Shown here in pieces: positions 60,605 to 64,000 of a stretch of 64,000 nt of DNA (positions are counted from its first letter, which is position 1; each line of letters starts with the position of its first letter). This stretch comes from Hyalangium minutum. Its GTDB lineage: Bacteria; Myxococcota; Myxococcia; Myxococcales; Myxococcaceae. The notes below the pieces were generated by a model. That model was not told the origin of the DNA and searched no databases. It saw nothing but the letters and a program-made list of their open reading frames with translations. The position numbers and the translations under genes were made by a program. The stretch is taken from positions 1-64,000 of the forward strand of contig NZ_JMCB01000019.1 in NCBI RefSeq assembly GCF_000737315.1. Direction: 5' to 3'.

Positions 60605-61786
60605 TCAGAACATGTCCGGGAGCGACGGCGGGGGACCGGAGAACAACGTGGCCGCCAGCCGCACCGTGGCGTCGTCCGCCACCAGCGAGCCCACCGAGCG
60701 CAGCGCATCCGCCGTCAGGAAGCCCGTGTAGAGCGGCGCGAGTGCCCGGACATCCAGGCTCATGAGCCCGCCTCCACCCCGCTGCACATGCCCCGTGCCG
60801 CCTGACACCTCCAGGGTGAAGCTGCCCCGGTTCTCGGGGAAGAGATCGTCCTCCACGTGCAGGTGCAGCGTGCCGGAGACGCCCGCCGGGTAACCCCGGG
60901 CCTCGAGCGCGGCGGGGACGTCCAGCACGCGCATCATCCAGTGGAAGAGCAACTTCACCTGGTAGGTCTGCTCGCGCATCAGCAGGAGCAGCGGATCCAT
61001 CGGGCCGCCCGTCCACACCACCTCCTGCGCCAGCGAGCGATGATCGCCCAGGAAGGCCAACAGCCGCCGCCCCGCCGCGGGCGTGGCGACCACGTAGTCC
61101 GTGAGGAAGAGCTCCTGCAGGAGATCCATCTTGCGGCGGCGCACCAGCCAGACATAGCCCTCCAGGCCCTGCGCTCCCTCCAGGACGAAGCCGTAGGCCG
61201 TCTCGCTCCGAGGGTGGAACACGCGATCCCACACGTAGGAGCCGCGATCGAGGTACCCCTGCCGGGTGGAGGCATGGCGCCGGTAGAGCTCCTGGACGGC
61301 GGGGAGATCGGCCGGCTTCACGGGCCGGACCTGGGGGGTGCGCTCCTTGAAGTCGAGGCGCGAGGCCTGGACGCGGCTCTCGAAGCGGGCCCCGGCCTGC
61401 TCGTAGCCCACGCGCCGGTAGAGCGGCTGGGTGGCCGGGTAGAGGACGGAGATGGGGAACCCCAGGCTGCGCAGCTCCTGCAGGGTGCGCTGCATGAGCC
61501 GGGTGGCCGCTCCGCCGCCGCGCGCACCAGGAGCCACGCCCACCCCACCAATGCCCGCCATGGCGACGCGACGCCCGCCGAACCACTGGCCCATGTGGAT
61601 GGGGAGCGCCGTGGCCGTCACCGTGCCTCGCTCGCGCAACACCCGGAGGTTGCTCCGCCCCGCTTTCTCGAGCCAAGCGGCGCCTTCCTGAGGCGTCATC
61701 GCGAATGCCTGGGCCATGATGTCTGCCACCGCGGCCTGCTCCTCCCCCTCTCCGGGAGGGCCGAACTCCGGTCTACCCGTCTCCAT
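60605..61786 (-). CDS. Eis-like tandem-GNAT acetyltransferase with SCP2-like C-terminus
   Basis: GIGGVGVAPGARGGGAA, LYPATQPLYRRVGY, MMRVLDVPAALEARGY. Confidence 0.88.
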   Translation of the reverse strand: METGRPEFGPPGEGEEQAAVADIMAQAFAMTPQEGAAWLEKAGRSNLRVLRERGTVTATALPIHMGQWFGGRRVAMAGIGGVGVAPGARGGGAATRLMQRTLQELRSLGFPISVLYPATQPLYRRVGYEQAGARFESRVQASRLDFKERTPQVRPVKPADLPAVQELYRRHASTRQGYLDRGSYVWDRVFHPRSETAYGFVLEGAQGLEGYVWLVRRRKMDLLQELFLTDYVVATPAAGRRLLAFLGDHRSLAQEVVWTGGPMDPLLLLMREQTYQVKLLFHWMMRVLDVPAALEARGYPAGVSGTLHLHVEDDLFPENRGSFTLEVSGGTGHVQRGGGGLMSLDVRALAPLYTGFLTADALRSVGSLVADDATVRLAATLFSGPPPSLPDMF

Positions 61787-61889
61787 GTCATGCCTTCCTT
61801 CGCCGAGGCGCCAGGGCGCGGACGAACGATACGCGGTTGTCCCATCTGCTGGCACGCGCTTCCATCCGCCAGGCGCTAGCATCGCGCGC

Positions 61890-62366
61890 ATGATTCGCTC
61901 CGCCACCCCCGCAGATATCCCCGGCATCCTCCAGCTCATCCGTGCACTGGCGGACTACGAAAAGCTGTCCCACCAGGTCGTCGTGGACGAAGCCCGGCTG
62001 CGCGAGCACCTCTTCGGCCCCTGCCCCTACGCCGAGGTGCTGCTGGCCGAAGACGGTGGGCAGCTCGTGGGTTACGCGCTCTTCTTCCACACGTACTCGA
62101 CATTCCTGGGCCAGCCGAGTCTGTATTTGGAGGACCTCTTCGTCCTGCCCTCGCACCGGGGGGGAGGGTTCGGCAAGGGACTGCTGGCGCGGCTGGCGCG
62201 GCTGGCAGTGGAGCGGAACTGCGGGCGCTTCGAGTGGATGGTGCTCGACTGGAACACGCCCGCCATCCAGTTCTACGAGTCCCTGGGGGCGGCGCTGGCG
62301 CCCGAGTGGAAGCTGTGCCGCATGACGGGCGAGGCGCTCCAGCGGTTCGCCGCGACGGCGCGCTAG
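61890..62366 (+). CDS. GNAT acetyltransferase (SSAT-like)
   Basis: LYLEDLFV.PSHRGGGFG, VLDWNTPAIQFYESLGA. Confidence 0.9.
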   Translation: MIRSATPADIPGILQLIRALADYEKLSHQVVVDEARLREHLFGPCPYAEVLLAEDGGQLVGYALFFHTYSTFLGQPSLYLEDLFVLPSHRGGGFGKGLLARLARLAVERNCGRFEWMVLDWNTPAIQFYESLGAALAPEWKLCRMTGEALQRFAATAR

Positions 62367-62381
62367 CCCAGGAGAAGCGCG

Positions 62382-62879
62382 ATGCTTGTCAGTGTCGATG
62401 TGGATTACCGGCCGGATGCGACGGTGGCCGCGTGCGTCGCCTTCCGGGACTGGGGCGACGCGGCCGAGGCGGCGCACTACGTGGACCGGGGTCCCCCCGC
62501 TGAGCCTTATGTCCCGGGCGAGTTCTACCGCCGGGAGCTGCCAGCGCTGCTGCGCGTGCTGGCGCTCGTGCCCGACCCTCTGACGACGGTCGTCATCGAT
62601 GGCTATGTGTGGCTGGCGGGAGAGGAACGCCCGGGCCTGGGGGCCCACCTGTACGAGGCGCTCGGGCGAACCATCCCCGTCATCGGCGTGGCCAAGACGT
62701 CGTTCCAGTCCAGCCGGGTCTCCGTCCCGGTCCTGCGAGGGGGCAGCCAGCGGCCCCTGCTCGTGACGGCCGTGGGGGTGGAGGTCCAGGACGCGGCGGC
62801 GTGCATCCAGCGCATGCACGGGCCGTCTCGGCTGCCCACGCTGCTCAAGCGCGCGGACCGGCTGTGCCGGGACTCCTGA
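62382..62879 (+). CDS. nfi: Endonuclease V family (short type)
   Basis: VDVDY, YVPGEFYRRELP, VIDGYV, IGVAKT. Confidence 0.82.
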   Translation: MLVSVDVDYRPDATVAACVAFRDWGDAAEAAHYVDRGPPAEPYVPGEFYRRELPALLRVLALVPDPLTTVVIDGYVWLAGEERPGLGAHLYEALGRTIPVIGVAKTSFQSSRVSVPVLRGGSQRPLLVTAVGVEVQDAAACIQRMHGPSRLPTLLKRADRLCRDS

Positions 62880-62905
62880 GGCCTGAGTGCCGGAGCGTGC
62901 CCGGG

Positions 62906-63592
62906 CTACCGAGGCAGTCGGCAGATACCCGAGACAATCTGATCCTCGATCCGGTCGAGCCCCAGTTCCTGTCCGGGTTGTGACTCGGCAAAGAGGGCGC
63001 CCTTGTCTGGATCGATCTCGGGGTCTGTGTGGCTGTTGTGGAACAGCGCCAGCCCTGAGTGGACGAAGGCGGCCTCCACCTTCTCTCCCTCCTTCGGCAT
63101 GCTCCGCAGGCCCCGGAGGCTGCTCTGGGGGCAGGGCACTCCACATATCTCCCCCTTGCACAAGCCTTTCGGCGTCCAGCTCACAGTGCCCTTCCCCGCA
63201 TCCACTGCCACCGCGTCCTTCGCTGTGAAGCCGTACTTGCGGAGCAGTCTGGCCAGGCTCTTCGGGGGATCATCCCAGTTGAGAGGCCCTGTGAACTCCT
63301 GATCCAACTGGCGCTTCTCGTCCCAGGGGCCGTCTCCGCCGGCAGCGGGCACCAGCGTCCGGTGCGGAACCTCTTCCCATTGGCCGCGGACGTCCACCAC
63401 CAGCCACCCATACTCCGTGCGCATGAAGGCATGCGCTCCCTCGGGATTGAGCGACCACCGGGTCCGGAAGAGGACTGCGCCGTTCCGCGCGGCGAGGGGG
63501 TGGAGTTGGACGTTGATGGAGGAAGGTCCGGTCGCTTGGGCCGTGCCTGCGCCAAGCAGCAACAGCAGGGGGAGTGTCCGTGAGAGCCTCAT
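62906..63592 (-). CDS. Hypothetical secreted protein
   Basis: Signal peptide MRLSRTLPLLLLLGAGTAQA. Confidence 0.7.
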   Translation of the reverse strand: MRLSRTLPLLLLLGAGTAQATGPSSINVQLHPLAARNGAVLFRTRWSLNPEGAHAFMRTEYGWLVVDVRGQWEEVPHRTLVPAAGGDGPWDEKRQLDQEFTGPLNWDDPPKSLARLLRKYGFTAKDAVAVDAGKGTVSWTPKGLCKGEICGVPCPQSSLRGLRSMPKEGEKVEAAFVHSGLALFHNSHTDPEIDPDKGALFAESQPGQELGLDRIEDQIVSGICRLPR

Positions 63593-63704
63593 GGAGGCTG
63601 AGCGTAGCGCCACAGCGGCGGATCTGCGCGATCGGCCTCGCGCCGATCCCCTTGGCTTTCTAAGATGGAGAGAAGATTCCCGTCCGCGCCAGGAGCCACC
63701 TCGG

Positions 63705-64000
63705 GTGAACCTGTCCTGTCAGTCCTGTGGCGCCCAGCTGGTGGTGGCCGGCAACCACCGCACCACGACGTGCCCGTACTGTGCTGCCCCATCCGTGGTG
63801 GAGCGGCCACCGACTCCAGACCGGCCCGCGCCGACGTTCGGGCTCGGCTTCGTGCAGACGCCGCAGAAAGCCCGCGAGCTGGCGCGGGAGAACCTGCTCC
63901 GCCGCAGCTTCTGGGCGCCCTCCAGCGTCCGCAACGCCTCCGTCGAGGAGCTGCGCGGCATCTACGTGCCCGCCTGGCTCTACAGCGGGCTCGCCGAGTC
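63705..64000 (+). CDS. 3'-truncated double zinc-ribbon protein
   Basis: GTG at 63705 after AGGAG. CQSCGA...CPYCAAP...GIYVPAWLY. Absent from the ORF track because it has no stop in the window. Confidence 0.75.
   Translation, partial: MNLSCQSCGAQLVVAGNHRTTTCPYCAAPSVVERPPTPDRPAPTFGLGFVQTPQKARELARENLLRRSFWAPSSVRNASVEELRGIYVPAWLYSGLAE

Noticed and set aside
61848-61866. TGGCACG upstream of the SSAT-like GNAT as a sigma54 site
   Set aside because: The -12 position is not GC.

Overview
High-GC bacterial DNA, most likely a myxobacterium (inferred from DUF2378, PrkA-YeaH-SpoVR, a zinc-ribbon/Pro-rich membrane protein and many lipoproteins). About 55 credible CDS; no rRNA, tRNA or CRISPR array seen. 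Most long ORFs in the track are antisense or off-frame shadows of GC-rich genes. The left end (about 740-6470) is a visibly AT-richer island with an intact three-gene operon: TPR-like sensor histidine kinase, stand-alone receiver, and receiver-PNP nucleosidase. This matches the described Detocs anti-phage system. A decayed 906-bp IS5-family element (17-bp TIRs, TTA target duplication) sits just upstream of its predicted promoter. The two best candidates for undescribed biology are (i) a cluster at 14.4-18.5 kb of a PhaR-type protein, an orphan ParA, a small phasin/PhaE-like coiled-coil protein and a complementary ArsA/Get3 ATPase pair sharing back-to-back TTGACA boxes, possibly a lipid/PHA-granule loading and positioning system, and (ii) an orphan SycD/LcrH-like chaperone paired with a NolX/HrpF-like and EspA/Bsp22-like protein at 21.3-23.0 kb with no secretion machinery in the window. 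The rest is housekeeping and metabolism (ruvX, glgP, dnaE, M3/M23/M48 peptidases, beta-oxidation auxiliaries, endonuclease V) plus several readable regulatory sites. All family assignments come from motif recognition by eye; no database search was run. Many starts are re-called downstream of the ORF-track starts.
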